DNA of 64,000 bases from Macrostomum hystrix (Eukaryota > Animalia > Platyhelminthes), in contig CATNEN010000015.1 of assembly GCA_950097015.1 (NCBI GenBank), forward strand, positions 2,025,188 through 2,089,187, read 5' to 3'. The notes under the pieces are model-generated. The model did no database searches and was not told the DNA's origin. It saw only the letters and a list, made by a program, of their open reading frames with translations. Below are positions 1-12,053 of this stretch, piece by piece. Position numbers and translations under genes: made by a program. Numbering within the stretch: the stretch's first letter is position 1; the number at the start of each line of letters is the position of its first letter.

Positions 1-97
1 TCACACTCACCTCACTCCTGTAGTTCACACTCACCTCACTCCTGTAGTTCACACTCACCTCTCTACTGTAGTTCCTACTAACCTCACTCCTGTGGTT
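1..97. repeat. 24-bp minisatellite (TCACACTCACCTCACTCCTGTAGT), ~4 copies, cut by window edge
   Basis: Unit seen directly at 1-24 and 25-48, with variants at 49-72 and 73-96. Confidence 0.85.
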
Positions 98-696
98 TTC
101 CCAGGTCACTTTTTTCAAACAAGTCTTAATTTTTTTACTCAGTTTTAAAGTTAAAAATATATATTTGCGAGCTTCAAATTTCAGCAAAAATGTTCTTAAT
201 TGGGTGAGTTTTTCTCGAGTTGGTGCACTTGTGATCTGAATGCACATGTGCAAGATTTTGGGTGGCCTCAATCGGTTCAAAAACATTTGTATCCAGGGGC
301 AAGTCGCAGCCAGGTTGAAAAGTGCTTTGAACAAGTTGATTTTTACCGCCTCAGGGTCTAGACACGGAGCAAGGAGCACAGAAATTCAGATTTGACTAAT
401 TAAAAGTAGGTAATAAATAGGAAGTTTGCAACACGGGAACAACAAAATAAATTATCAAAGGAAATTCTAAGTCTCCGATGAAGTTTACGTAAAAATTTTG
501 AGTTCGAAGTTCTTCTGTAACAAAACGAAGTTAAAAAAGCAAAGGAACTCGTTGCAAATGAAATGTCTAATACTCGTATGTACCGTTTCTCCTCTCTGAG
601 TGACCACAGGCTCACTATCCACACAATGGAGCTTCAGCTCAAAGCTTTCTCAGCCACGGACGAAGAAATCGCTGCTGTTGCCGTTGTCCAGGGCAG

Positions 697-878
697 CTAG
701 GAAAATGGGTACTCAAGCAGGTGGCACTGACCCTGCTCACGGTTCAACACCACCGCCTCGCAGCCGACACCGCACAGGCACAAGCATTCGATCAATCCTC
801 GACGAGCACTGACAGTTTGGAAGGCCATCGCACCTGGTTTGCTGATACGGACCAGGGTGCGGTTGCCGAGGACAAGGG
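697..878 (-). CDS. Orphan, divergent PAN/apple-like exon (P0), homologous to exon 2 of the WSC genes
   Basis: Minus strand reads LVLGNRTLVRISKPGAMAFQTVSARRGLIECLCLCGVGCEAVVLNREQGQCHLLEYPFS*, the same C-x3-C-x3/5-C-x-A-V-x7-C-H-L-L pattern as the other exon 2s. Pyrimidine-rich CAG acceptor at 881-879 is phase 1 like all paralogs. No matching WSC exon is visible nearby. Confidence 0.6.
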
Positions 879-990
879 CTGTGGTGGAACGGATAAGGCA
901 AGGAATTGACATTGTGCTGTACCGGGGGCTTAAGCCAAGGCGTTGGGGGTAATCCAAGGCGTAGCCACTTCGTAAGCCAAGGCGGACAGC

Positions 991-1130
991 GGCCTCCCCA
1001 ATCGGCTGACTAAACTATGTGGCGCCCCTCCCCAATCGGCTGACTAAACTATGTGGCGCCCACTCCCTAATTGGCTGCCTAAACTATCTGGCGCCCCCTC
1101 CCCAATCGGCTGACTAAACTATGTGGCGCC
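991..1130. repeat. 34-35-bp minisatellite (GGCGCCCCTCCCCAATCGGCTGACTAAACTATGT), ~4 copies
   Basis: Contiguous direct copies immediately 5' of the RT fragment. Confidence 0.85.
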
Positions 1131-2163
1131 GTGCTGGATCCCTAACTGCGACCTGAGCAGAACGGGTTTCGGCCCCACCGTGGCACAGTGACGCAGATCC
1201 TAGCTCTTCACCGAATCATCGAGGAGGCGCGCACGCGCCAGTTGGACCTGATTGTTGTCTTCATTGACTTCATGAAGGCATTCGACTCGGTTGCGAGGGC
1301 TGCGCTCCCACATGTGCTCCGCGCGTACCATGTGCCAGAACAGCTGATCTCCGCCATCATGGCGTTGTACTGTGCTACGAGAGCAGCTGTGATGACGCCG
1401 GACGGCCTGTCGGACTCCTTCGAGACATCCTCCGGGGTGCTCCAGGGGGACACTCTAGCGCCGTTCCTGTTCGTCCCGGTGCTTGACTGGGTGCTACGAA
1501 CTGCTCTTCCTACCGACGAAGACGGCTTCCTACTGCGGCGACGCGTGGGTCAGCGTGCTTGGCTACGCCGATGACCTCGCCCTGTTGTCCTCGACCGTAG
1601 AGGGCGCCCAGCGCCAGCTGGACAAGCTGGTTAGCACTGCAGCGAGTGTCGGCCTGTTGGTCAACACGAAGAAGACCGTTGTGCTCTGCGTGCCGGGCGA
1701 CATGGAGGCCGCAATTTTCTGCCGAGGCGCTGACGGGCAGGTAACGGTGCTTCTGCGCTGTCAGCAGTTCGCCTACCTCGGCGGTCTGGTACCAGACGTC
1801 CGCGAAGATCTGCGGCGTCGCCACCGGTACGCTTGGGCTGCCTTTCGTTCTGTGAGGGCGGTCCTGCAGTCCGAGGCCCTACCTGATCGCCAGAGGGCGG
1901 CGCTGTTCCAGGCGGTGGTCGAGACCGTCCTGTTGTACAACGCCGAGACCTGGACGCTGACGGACTCGCTCGAACAGCAAGTCAACGCGGTGCACGCTGG
2001 CATGCTGCGCTCCGCCTTGAAGATCAGCGACAAGCGGATCACTAACGCGGTACTCTATCGCCGCGCCGGCCTGGCCCGTCCAAGTGAACTGCTGCGACTT
2101 CGGCGACTCCAGCTAGCAGGCCACATCATCCGCGCCGAGTCCTACTGCCCGCAGCCGGTGCAT
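1131..2163 (+). mobile_element. Degenerate non-LTR retrotransposon reverse transcriptase fragment (RTE-like), frameshifted, 5' and 3' truncated
   Basis: Motifs EQNGF, FIDFMKAFDSV, GVLQGDTLAPFLF, then after a frameshift near 1550 LGYADDLALL, VETVLLYNAETW and RRLQLAGHIIR (ORFs 1188-1574 and 1483-2190). Confidence 0.9.
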
Positions 2164-2525
2164 CCTGACAGCGTATTTTGTTGTTGTTGATGTTATATTT
2201 CGCTTTTATTAACCATCAACCAGCAGTTAAAGCCAAAAAATTGTTGTAAAAGTTCGCTTCAGTATCAAATTGATGAATGCTCGTGTAGAGAGAGTTTAGA
2301 AAAATAAAATACTGATATTATTAACCAAAATTCAAGAAAAATGTAGAAAAAAGAGCACCACTTACTACTTCAAGTCTACTGAATGATAGGTTTCAGGATA
2401 ATGGAATATGGAACAATACCCAGATTGGATTCCAGCAGTTGGGCCAACACACCCCTATAGCGCATGATAAAAGCAAGCCAGCGTAGAGGCAGTGAAACTG
2501 CTCAAATCTGCCGAATCTCAGCACA

Positions 2526-3263
2526 ATGGTCGCCGCTTCAGCTTTCAACTCCGCCGTCTACAGCGCTCTGCTGGCCGTCACCGCTGCCAGGGTGGCTCAG
2601 TTCTCCTACATCGGCTGCTTCAAGGACAACTATACAGCCACCAGAGCCTTAAATGGGCTGCAGGGAGTGAGTCGACTTGGTGAATTTTTCTACAGCGACA
2701 GGGATGGCCTGCAGAGTGACAGCGGGATGTCAACCGGGTTCTGCGGCAACGTCTGCTCACTGGGCGGGTTTCCGTACTTCGGCATGCAGTACGGCAGGCA
2801 GTGCTACTGCGGCCTGTCCTACTGGCTCTACGGAGCTGCCACCGAGACTGAGTGCGACATGGCCTGCTGGGGAAACCCGGCACAAAAATGCGGGGGAGGA
2901 AACCGGATTTCCGTGTTTTCCCAGACCTATCCGGGTGAGGCGAACTACCTGCTCTATGATCGTTTAGTTTCTGGTCAAACGAATAATTAAATTGTACAAT
3001 TTCGGACAACCACTCTGTATCATTTAGAACAAAACTCTTTCGTGCTGAAAGCCATGCCCTCTCTGAAGGTCGTGACAAGTCAAACTACTTTCTTGACCAG
3101 CTCTGCCGCGAACATAATGGAATGTGCGGCTGTGTGCTGGGTTAGCTCTGACTGTCAAGCCCTGATCTTCTCTGAGCGGCTGCTCCTGTGCCACCTGCTC
3201 AGGTTCGCCTACCCACCTGCCAACCTGACTGGAATCATTGGAGACTACTACCTGCGTGGCTAA
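2526..3263 (+). CDS. W1: secreted WSC + PAN/apple-like protein, 2 exons (2526-2934, 3028-3263), intact
   Basis: Hydrophobic N-terminus. WSC signature YIGCF..D / M...FC...C...GFPYFG.QY...CYCG / C.M.C.G....CGG. GT donor at 2935 (phase 1) and AG acceptor at 3026-3027 join in frame. Ends GDYYLRG-TAA. Confidence 0.88.
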
Positions 3264-4480
3264 GACTACTACCTGTGTGGCTGAGACTACTACCTGTGTG
3301 GCTGAGACTACTACCTGCGTGGATGAGACTACTACTTGTGTGGCTGAGACTACTACCTGCGTTGATGAGACTACTACCTGCGTGGCTGAGACTACTACCT
3401 GTGTGGCTGAGACTACTACCTGTGTGGATGAGACTACTACCTGTGTGGCTGAGACTACTACCTGCGTTGATGAGACTACTACCTGCGTGGCTGAGACTAC
3501 TACCTGTGTGGCTGAGACTACTACCTGTGTGGCTGAGACTACTACCTGTGTGGCTGAGACTACTACCTGTGTGGCTGAGACTACTACCTGTGTGGCTGAG
3601 ACTACTACCTGTGTGGCTGAGACTACTACCTGCGTGGCTGAGACTACTACCTGTGTGGCTGAGACTACTACCTGCGTGGCTGAGACTACTACCTGCGTGG
3701 CTGAGACTACTACCTGCGTGGCTAAGACTACTACCTGCGTGGCTGAGACTACTACCTGGGTGGCTGAGACTACTACCTGAGGATGAGACTACTACCTGTG
3801 TGGCTGAGACTACTACCTGTGTGGCTGAGACTACTACCTGTGTGGCTGAGACTACTACCTGTGTGGCTGAGACTACTATCTGTGTGGCTGAGACTACTAC
3901 CTGCGTGGCTGAGACTACTACCTGCGTGGCTGAGACTACTACCTGCGTGGCTGAGACTACTACCTGAGGATGAGACTACTACCTGTGTGGCTGAGACTAC
4001 TACCTGTGTGGCTGAGACTACTACCTGTGTGGCTGAGACTACTACCTGTGTGGCTGAGACTACTACCTGCGTGGCTGAGACTACTACCTGCGTGGCTGAG
4101 ACTACTACCTGCGTGGCTGAGACTACTACCTGCGTGGCTGAGACTACTACCTGTGTGGCTGAGACTACTACCTGCGTGGCTGAGACTACTACCTGCGTGG
4201 CTGAGACTACTACCTGTGTGGCTGAGACTACTACCTGCGTGGCTGAGACTACTACCTGCGTGGCTGAGACTACTTACCTGCGTGGCTGAGACTACTACCT
4301 GTGTGGCTGAGACTACTACCTGTGTGGCTGAGACTACTACCTGTGTGGCTGAGACTACTACCTGTGTGGCTGAGACTACTACCTGTGTGGCTGAGACTAC
4401 TACCTGTGTGGCTGAGACTACTACCTGTGTGGCTGAGACTACTCACTGCGTGGATGAGACTACTACCTTCTTGAATGAAA
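3241..4480 (+). repeat. 21-bp stop-codon minisatellite after W1 (GAGACTACTACCTG[T/C]GTGGCT), ~58 units
   Basis: First unit is the last 6 codons + stop of W1. Occasional 20/22-bp slipped units shift the frame. Confidence 0.95.
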
Positions 4481-5520
4481 CTACTATGAAACTGCTGCCA
4501 GCCGTAGTTCTGAGCCACATCTCTGAAATGATCACGCTTAAAGTGCATTAACTAATTGTTTCTGCAAATTTTTTTATTAAAGAGATTAGACTCATCCGCT
4601 TTTACCTGTGGGAAGCGCTTAGCAATAATATGTGTAAATGTATTTCCTTGGATGGTCATAAGAACTATCAGGAAAGTGCAACTGTCAAGTACCAGTCTGC
4701 AGGCGAACTCTAAAGTAGTACTTTCTGTTCTCTGTTCCACTGTTCGCCAGCTGTTTTACTTTCTTTTGTTCTCGAGAAAATGCAGATGGCCAACAACATG
4801 TGATTTTCCGACGGATACTGATGTATTGTTCCCAAAACATCAATCAAATTTTATTCTTTACACAAGAAGACAGATTCTAGAAGTGGTTGGGATTCTAGAC
4901 GAATCTTTCTTTTAGAAGACAGAAAGATGAGTTGACCCAACAGGGAAGCAGGGAGTGACATGCACGCTGGCTTTTCTTGAATAATTAAAGCGGCTTGAAA
5001 TTATTTGCCTTTTTCACGGCCAGTTTTAATAAAAGTGCATACCTTGTGCCTGCTCACGATGCTTTTTTCAACAAAAAAGACGGGGAAAAAAGAAATGCAA
5101 ACGCCACACCTGCTCCTTAGAAACAGGTCAGGTAACCGTCTATTTACGTTTTCCGCTTTGGAGAGTCAGCACTATTATTTTATTTCATTAGCAGATTAGC
5201 TAGCGGAGTCAGTTTAAGACAGGATATATCATGGATTTCACACGAACTCAAAATAATCCCAATTGATTTCGTTTGAAACACAGAACCTCGGACCGTGGCG
5301 ATTGTAGCAAAAATGCAGACAGCCTAAAATATGGGTGTTATATTCATGCCTACTTATAAACACAATTCCTTAACAAACATGACTACTCGCTTAATAGTAT
5401 TTCTCGAGCAGACGCGCCAAAAAACAATAAACACGCAATGCAATGACACTGCCTTCTGAGCTGTTTCTTATTGAGAATGATGTGTCATCCAATTTTCGAA
5501 CTGAAAGGACATATGATCAA

Positions 5521-6196
5521 ATAGACAGGTGAGCTGAAGAGACAGGTGAGCTGGAGAGACAGGTGAGCTGGAGAGACAGGTGAGCTGGAGAGACAGGTGA
5601 GCTGGAGAGACAGGTGAGCTGGAGAGACAGGTGAGCTGGAGAAACAGGTGAGCTGAAGAGACAGCTGAGCTAAAGGACAGGTGAGCTGGAGAGACAGTGA
5701 GCTGAAGGGACAGGTGAGCTGAAGGGTCAGGTGAGCTGAAGGGACAGGTGAGCTGAAGGGACAGGTGAGCTGAAGGGACAGGTGAGCTGAAGGGACAGGT
5801 GAGCTGAAGGGACAGGTGAGCTAAATGGAAAGGTGAGCTGAAGGGACAGGTGAGCTGAAGGGACAGGTGAGCTGAATGGAAAGGTGAGCTGAAGAGACAG
5901 GTGAGCTGAAGGGACAGGTGAGCTGAAGAGACAGGTGAGCTGGAGAGACAGGTGAGCTGAAGAGACAGGTGAGCTGGAGAGACAGGTGAGCTGGAGAGAC
6001 AGGTGAGCTGAAGGACAGGTGAGCTGGAGAGACAGGTGAGCTGAAGAGACAGGTGAGCTGGAGAGACAGGTGAGCTGGAGAGACAGGTGAGCTGAAGGAC
6101 AGGTGAGCTGGAGAGACAGGTGAGCTGAAGAGACAGGTGAGCTGAAGAGACAGGTGAGCTGGAGAGACAGGTGAGCTGGAGAGACAGGTGAGCTGA
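5521..6196. repeat. 17-bp satellite (GACAGGTGAGCTG[A/G]AGA), left part of an array split by a transposon
   Basis: ~40 units. Resumes at 10080 after the inserted element. Confidence 0.95.
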
Positions 6197-7079
6197 CACT
6201 AGACAACAAAAATTGAGCGGAATTGCATATGAATTACAATCGGACACACGAAAATTTCGCAATTCTTGCACGCGAATTGTAATCTAATTGCATTCGAATT
6301 GTAAGAAACGCAAGTAGAATTGCAATTTAATTGCAATTTCGGTGCTGATTTTTTCTTGCAATTAAATTACACGAAAATTGCACTTCAATTACAATATAGT
6401 TGCAAGCGGATTGCAATTAGCATCTCTTAAATCGCAATTTAATTACAATTATAACATTTAGACGTATCTTCTTACTGTCCTACTTAGAGTAGACTCATTT
6501 GCAAATAGCTGAAGGTTGCTTTCCCGGCTATCAAAATTTTCATGCTACAAGAGTTGAGCGCGGGTATTTATTTTCATTACTTTGTTCAATTGAAGGATAT
6601 TAAGTTTCGAGCTTGTGATAGCTTAGGTGTTTCGAATAACAGAGTATATATGGAATAGAAAAGAGCATTCTCAATGAGAAGCATAAAAAATAACCAACAA
6701 ACTGATTAAACAAATATTGGAATTAATAACATGAGAACATTTAGTTTGCCTGGTTCATTCAGTTGAAATAATGTATTGTAATGTAAACGCGTGACTATAT
6801 CAAATACGCACTGATCAGAATCAGATAGGGATGAAAGAACACGATCTGTCATCCACTCGTACAGTCGAACACGCGCGCGAACTGGAACACCACACACAAA
6901 GGAAAGAATTTCACCCAAGGACCCATTTCGAAAATAGAAAAAAGGAGATTCATTATTACAATTTACAATTTCGAGAAGCGCAGATACGGTTGCAACCAAT
7001 AGAAATACAGCGCGAGGAACGAAAGGTGACTATAGCATCATCAAGCCAAGTCGAATGATCCAAACCAAGAAACACCCGT

Positions 7080-7394
7080 TCACTTCTTTTTGGCCTTCAC
7101 AGCAGCATCTCTAAAAAATTGATTGAGCGATAGGCGCACATCTTTCCACGAATAAGTACCAAACCACGAGTCCAGACAGTCTTTAATATCATTAATGACA
7201 ACCGGATCGACCGAGATACGCTCCGTTTTTCCTTTCGGCTCAATGATTGCCGTGCGGCAGAATTCCTCACCGAATTTCCGAAGAGCTAGTTGTCTAGCGA
7301 AAATCGTCGGCACTTTGGAAAGCTGATTGTGACTCCGTAGCCTCAATGCTGCCTGATTGCACATTAGGTTCAACATTTGTAGCTTTGGAGGCAC
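7080..7394 (-). CDS. BEN-domain-like ORF carried by the CACTA-like element (start uncertain, possibly frameshifted)
   Basis: FARQLALRKFGEEF....KGKTERISVDPVVINDIKDCLDSWFGTYSWKDVRLSLNQFFRD resembles the BEN pattern (FA..L...F..E / LDP..I..IK / W..I...IN...RD). Recognised by eye only. Confidence 0.55.
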   Translation of the reverse strand: MPPKLQMLNLMCNQAALRLRSHNQLSKVPTIFARQLALRKFGEEFCRTAIIEPKGKTERISVDPVVINDIKDCLDSWFGTYSWKDVRLSLNQFFRDAAVKAKKK

Positions 7395-8234
7395 TCTCCA
7401 TATTTGAATCTAAGTCCTCAATTGCATCAAGGGAACTCAAGGCAGCAATGAAATCCTCCATGGCTCAGCAGTTTAGAAAGTAGGAGTTCTGAAGTTAGGA
7501 AGTTTTTTTGGAAAATTGTATATGCAAAATATTAAAGGAATATGTAGTTAAGATTAGCAAATAATATCTTTATACCATAATATAAAATGACTAGTTGCAT
7601 AGACAGTGGGGCAGGGGATATAGCTGAAAATTGGCTATACCCCCTAATCACCTGGGATTTCCCAGTCACACTGGGAAACTTCTACCTTGGGAAGAAGGTT
7701 TCTAGCTGCTTAGGCTAGGAAAAGACATAGTGGATAAGGTGGTGCATAGAGCATATAAAAAAGCCCACTACCACTATATTTTTAGGGCTTTTTTTGTCAC
7801 AAAGCAAGTCCCTTCCTATCCCCTAGCCCCCTCCTTAGATAGAAAATCCTAGATATGCTATTGAAAATGACCATCATATTTTTCATAAAAAGCCAACCTA
7901 TTTCCTATAGCTTTTATACTTTTCAACTTAGGATAAATAGAACCTTTCTTTTTATGTAAGTAAAACTTTCTATATTGCTAGAATTTTATTGGGGTCTAAG
8001 GTAAGGAATCAAGGGTTTTAAGGAAGGGAAATTATTTATGTGGGTTGAATTTTGGTATTTAAACTTCAATAGAATATATAAAAAAAGAACTAAATTATAG
8101 ATTGAATATCCAAAATATATCAATGGATAAAAGATAAAGTCTTTTTGCAGCTAAAAATAGTTAGATCTGCACATTTAGGGGTTTATTTAAAGATTGGGTG
8201 CTATCTGCAAAAACCCCTATATATTGCAATAGCT

Positions 8235-8516
8235 GGCAATAGTGGACTTTCATTCATTTAATTACTTCAGGTTTAACTTCATACCAAATTAATTTAGTCT
8301 ATTTGTGTCTTCATATGCTCAAAAAATGTTTGCCTATATGTACTTTTTTACAAAAGGACTGGGCCTAAAATACATTGCTAGCATATAATAGGCCTATAGA
8401 TATCAATAAATTGTTTCTATCTTACCAAATGCTCAAATTGAAATAGACTATGTCTAAATTAATTTGGTGCAAATTTAAACTCAAAATAATTAAATGAACA
8501 AAAGTCCACTATTGCC
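8235..8516. mobile_element. 282-bp MITE nested in the CACTA-like element (8-bp TSD, GG...CC ends; Merlin- or hAT-like)
   Basis: ~70-bp imperfect TIRs starting GGCAATAGTGGACTTT and ending AAAGTCCACTATTGCC. Perfect 8-bp TSD CAATAGCT at 8227-8234 and 8517-8524. Confidence 0.85.
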
Positions 8517-10079
8517 CAATAGCTATAAGTATAAGGCCTTAGTTAGATAGGCCTATTAAGTATTGTATAGGTATTGTATTAGATATAAATAAATAGATAT
8601 TACTATTGGTTCTAGTAATATATCTTAAAATATTATTGCTAGATATATAGATAGTATATAATACTCAATATATATGCATAATCCAGATTGAATATATATT
8701 ATAACAATATATATAGTACTATAGGTAGGCCTAGCTTTTTATATATCTAGACTAGTGTTCATGACAAAAGAAAATGGCTACTATTAGGCCTATGCCCTTA
8801 CCTTACCTTAGTCATAGCCCTAAATTTAATTAAAGTCAAGATAATCATTTTAGAGTCTAAGCCCCTAACCTAAACCTTATAAAACCATAATTTCCTACTG
8901 AGGACCTGTCCTAGGCTAGGCCTATACTTAGCAAAAACAGTTTAGTTATATGGCTTAGCTAACTACAATACCAATACAATATACAAAAACTTGAAAAAAC
9001 TTTTTGGCTACATTGAAAATGATTGCACTTTTGAAATCACCATCCCAAAACCCCCAAAAGGCCACTGATTTATAAATATAAAACATACCTAGCAAAACTA
9101 GAAGTAGAACTAGGCCCTAGCTCGAAGTAGCCATTTTAGGTACCTATAGGCCTATCAGGCTATATGGCTATATATCAAGAAGTCCCTTGGCCTTGACTAT
9201 GCCTATACAATATACAAAGGTGGATGGTTAAAGAGTTCTTTTGTCTTGAAATAGAAGTATAAAATTGGCAAGCTTTTCTTTCTTTCATGTCTGGCAAAAG
9301 ATTGTTATGTTAGATAAGATAGTGACTTATTCGCTAGCGAAATGTGAGTATAAAAGAAAGTGGCTCAATACAATAATAGCAAATAAGCATTTTCTAACGT
9401 ATGAAGCATTCCAAACTCCTCAGACAACTTTATAGCTGGCTCAAAAAAGAAAGCAAAAATTATGTGAAAAATATATCTCGACTTTATTTAATTGAGTTTA
9501 AGTTGAGTAAGAAAAGTAAAATCAATTGTTTACCACATTTAAATCATATATATCCACAATGATCATGTAAATTTGACCAGCGAAACAATTGTGCAAAACA
9601 AAGTAAAGCTGCTTAAGTGAAATAGATTGTAAGATGCAAATACTGCACCTGTTTTGTGTTGTAAAAAAATTTCAAGACTGAAAAAAGTATGCACCTAGGT
9701 GACCTAGTCCTTTAAAAAGATGACATTTTACGACTTTACTTTTCTCTATATTGATTACTATGACGTACGTATAAGTTCATGAAATCACATTGTGCAATAT
9801 TTTATTTTATACAAAGATGTGAAGCACCTTTAGGAAAAAAGAAATCATTTTCGTAAAAGCAAAATTCTGATCAATTTCAATACATGGTTAAAAGAAGATT
9901 TTTACATAAAAAAAATTACGCCAATTGTAATGCCATTAAATCTAACTTGCAATAATTGCAATTTTAGGCAGCAAGAAAATTGCAATTTCTACAACAGTTG
10001 CCAACAAAGTTGCAATTTTCGCAATTTTTGCAATTATATTGCAATTTCACTAATTTTTGCGCAATTCGAATGTCTAGTG

Positions 10080-10206
10080 GAAGGACAGGTGAGCTGGAGA
10101 GACAGGTGAGCTGAAGGACAGGTGAGCTGGAGAGACAGGTGAGCTGGAGAGACAGGTGAGCTGAAGAGACAGCTGAGCAGAAGGACAGGTGAGCTGAAGG
10201 GCAGGT
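10080..10206. repeat. 17-bp satellite, right part of the array split by the CACTA-like element
   Basis: Same unit and phase as 5521-6196. Confidence 0.9.
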
Positions 10207-11495
10207 GTGGGTTTGATTTTAATATGGCTTTATTATTATTATTTTAATTTTGTTATGTCTTTGCATTATCAAGTGTTCTTGAACATGCCGGCTACCGCAT
10301 CCAGAAATCATAGATTCCTCTTTTAGCAGCTTAGCATAACGCCAGTTCATTTTCGTGGATTCAGAACTGTGTTTGTCTTATTGCTACTCGTCTCGAAAAC
10401 TCGCATACAGCTGGCTTCTATTGTGATCCCGGATATCTAATGCGGTTTCACGGGCTCGCATGCAGCCAAATAAAATGTTTCTTGAAAGAAAATGATAGGT
10501 TTTTTATTATTTCAGGCTTCAGCCAAGTTTTGTAATCAGTTATTATTGTGCTGGTGCTTTCTGACAAGCAGGAAAGTGCTTCTAAACCGATAAAATATTC
10601 GCGTGTTTCGTTAGTCCATTAAGGCATTCTGCCTAAATGCCTTAATGTTAGTCCTAATGGGCGGAACTGCATTCCATTCTTTGGCAGAAAAACATTTATC
10701 GTTTAGCGAGGCGTTCCGCATTTTCGCTTTTGTAGCCCCCTTAAATACGGACTTAAATACTCAGTTTGACAAAATACATTCAGCCGCATGTATGTGCCTC
10801 GGGACTTGTGCGATACCTTATTTATGAGAAGTCAGAAGGGTTCCTGCCCTGCGAGACGGTGTGGATGTGCGGATGTGAGCGTGCATGTGTGCTCAGAGGT
10901 TATCTTGGAAAGTCTCTTGTGTGTGGCTGGTTTGTGTGCTTTTTGTTAGGCCTTCCTCACCCACCCCCGTCCTGGCTCAGAGTGCCCGGTGCCGCCATCT
11001 GATTGGCTGGGCGCGGGCATTGTGTGTCTATCCTACCCCAGCCCTGCGTGGCTTTGCCCTCACGCCAATCAGCTCTGCGTAGCTTTGCCCGTCCACCCAT
11101 CCAGCGCGTACAACCCTACCCCCCCAACGCGCTGTAGGCTTTGTTTGTGCTCCGCCCCTGTCTGCCCCCTTGTCGGCCCTAGTGGTATCGTTTTCTGCCC
11201 GGGCCAAGGGTACCACTCGCCCCCCTCGCGAACTTTAAAAGATCGTGCCGTAAAGACGGTCTCTTACGGCGAAGGCTCAATTCCTTGCATGCGAAGTGTT
11301 TATTGACTACATTTATTTATTGTAGTGATTGCGAGCGTATGGTTTATTGAAGTGCAAACATTGACGACAAATACATTCAGCGTCATCCTGCCATCCTATC
11401 GTGCGTCCCGACCGGTAAGCGCTGTATTCGTGTCTGTCCTTTCGGAGTGCCAGGCCCGCACGGAGTACTGTAATAGTCTTAGAAGTACTGTGTGA

Positions 11496-12053
11496 GCGTC
11501 CTAACGCCACCAGTCCCTGACTGCAACAGCGCGTCCTAACGCCACCAGTCCCTGACTGCAACAGCGCGTCCTAACGCCACCAGTCCCTGACTGCAACAGC
11601 GCGTCCTAACGCCACCAGTCCCTGACTGCAACAGCGCGTCCTAACGCCACCAGTCCCTGACTGCAACAGCGCGTCCTAACGCCACCAGTCCCTGACTGCA
11701 ACAGCGCGTCCTAACGCCACCAGTCCCTGACAGCAACAGCGCGTCCTAACGCCACCAGTCCCTGACTGCAACAGCGCGTCCTAACGCCACCAGTCCCTGA
11801 CTGCAACAGCGCGTCCTAACGCCACCAGTCCCTGACTGCAACAGAGCGTCCTAACGCCACCAGTCCCTGACTGCAACAGCGCGTCCTAACGCCACCAGTC
11901 CCTGACTGCAACAGCGCGTCCTAACGCCACCAGTCCCTGACTGCAACAGCGCGTCCTAACGCCACCAGTCCCTGACTGCAACAGCGCGTCCTAACGCCAC
12001 CAGTCCCTGACTGCAACAGAGCGTCCTAACGCCACCAGTCCCTGACTGCAACA
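11496..12053. repeat. 35-bp minisatellite (CGTCCTAACGCCACCAGTCCCTGACTGCAACAGCG), ~16 near-identical copies
   Basis: Contiguous units with a 35-bp period and no spacers. Confidence 0.95.

Larger units (their letters stand above)
6197..10079. mobile_element. CACTA/CMC (EnSpm-like) DNA transposon, probably non-autonomous, inserted into the 17-bp satellite
   Basis: Termini CACTAGACA (6197) and TGTCTAGTG (10071-10079) are inverted. A 2-bp GA duplication flanks it (6195-6196, 10080-10081). Dense subterminal AATTGC/GCAATT repeats at ~6225-6450 and ~9920-10065. No transposase recognised. Confidence 0.8.

Noticed and set aside
2510-2526. AG acceptor-like sites just upstream of several WSC start codons as trans-splice sites
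   Set aside because: AG with weak pyrimidine tracts is common by chance and cannot be told apart from 5'UTR introns without RNA data.
3241-3263. Selenocysteine or programmed read-through of the repeated TGA giving poly-(DYYLCG-X)
   Set aside because: Stop identity is not conserved (TAA in W1 and W6, TAG in W11, lost in W2), the W4 array has extra TAG stops, and no SECIS or read-through context was recognised.
3188-4551. (AETTTCV)n and (WLRLLPV)n ORFs in the arrays, including the idea of a Thr-rich stalk like fungal Wsc1
   Set aside because: They are in frames +1/+2 relative to the genes, every intact gene stops before or at the array, no splice or frameshift signal into these frames was found, and slipped units break them.
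5468-6271. SAHLSLQLT-repeat ORFs (also 36795-37751)
   Set aside because: Translations of the 17-bp satellite.
11496-12053. CRISPR-like array (35-bp repeats)
   Set aside because: Units are contiguous with no unique spacers, there are no cas genes, and the context is eukaryotic.
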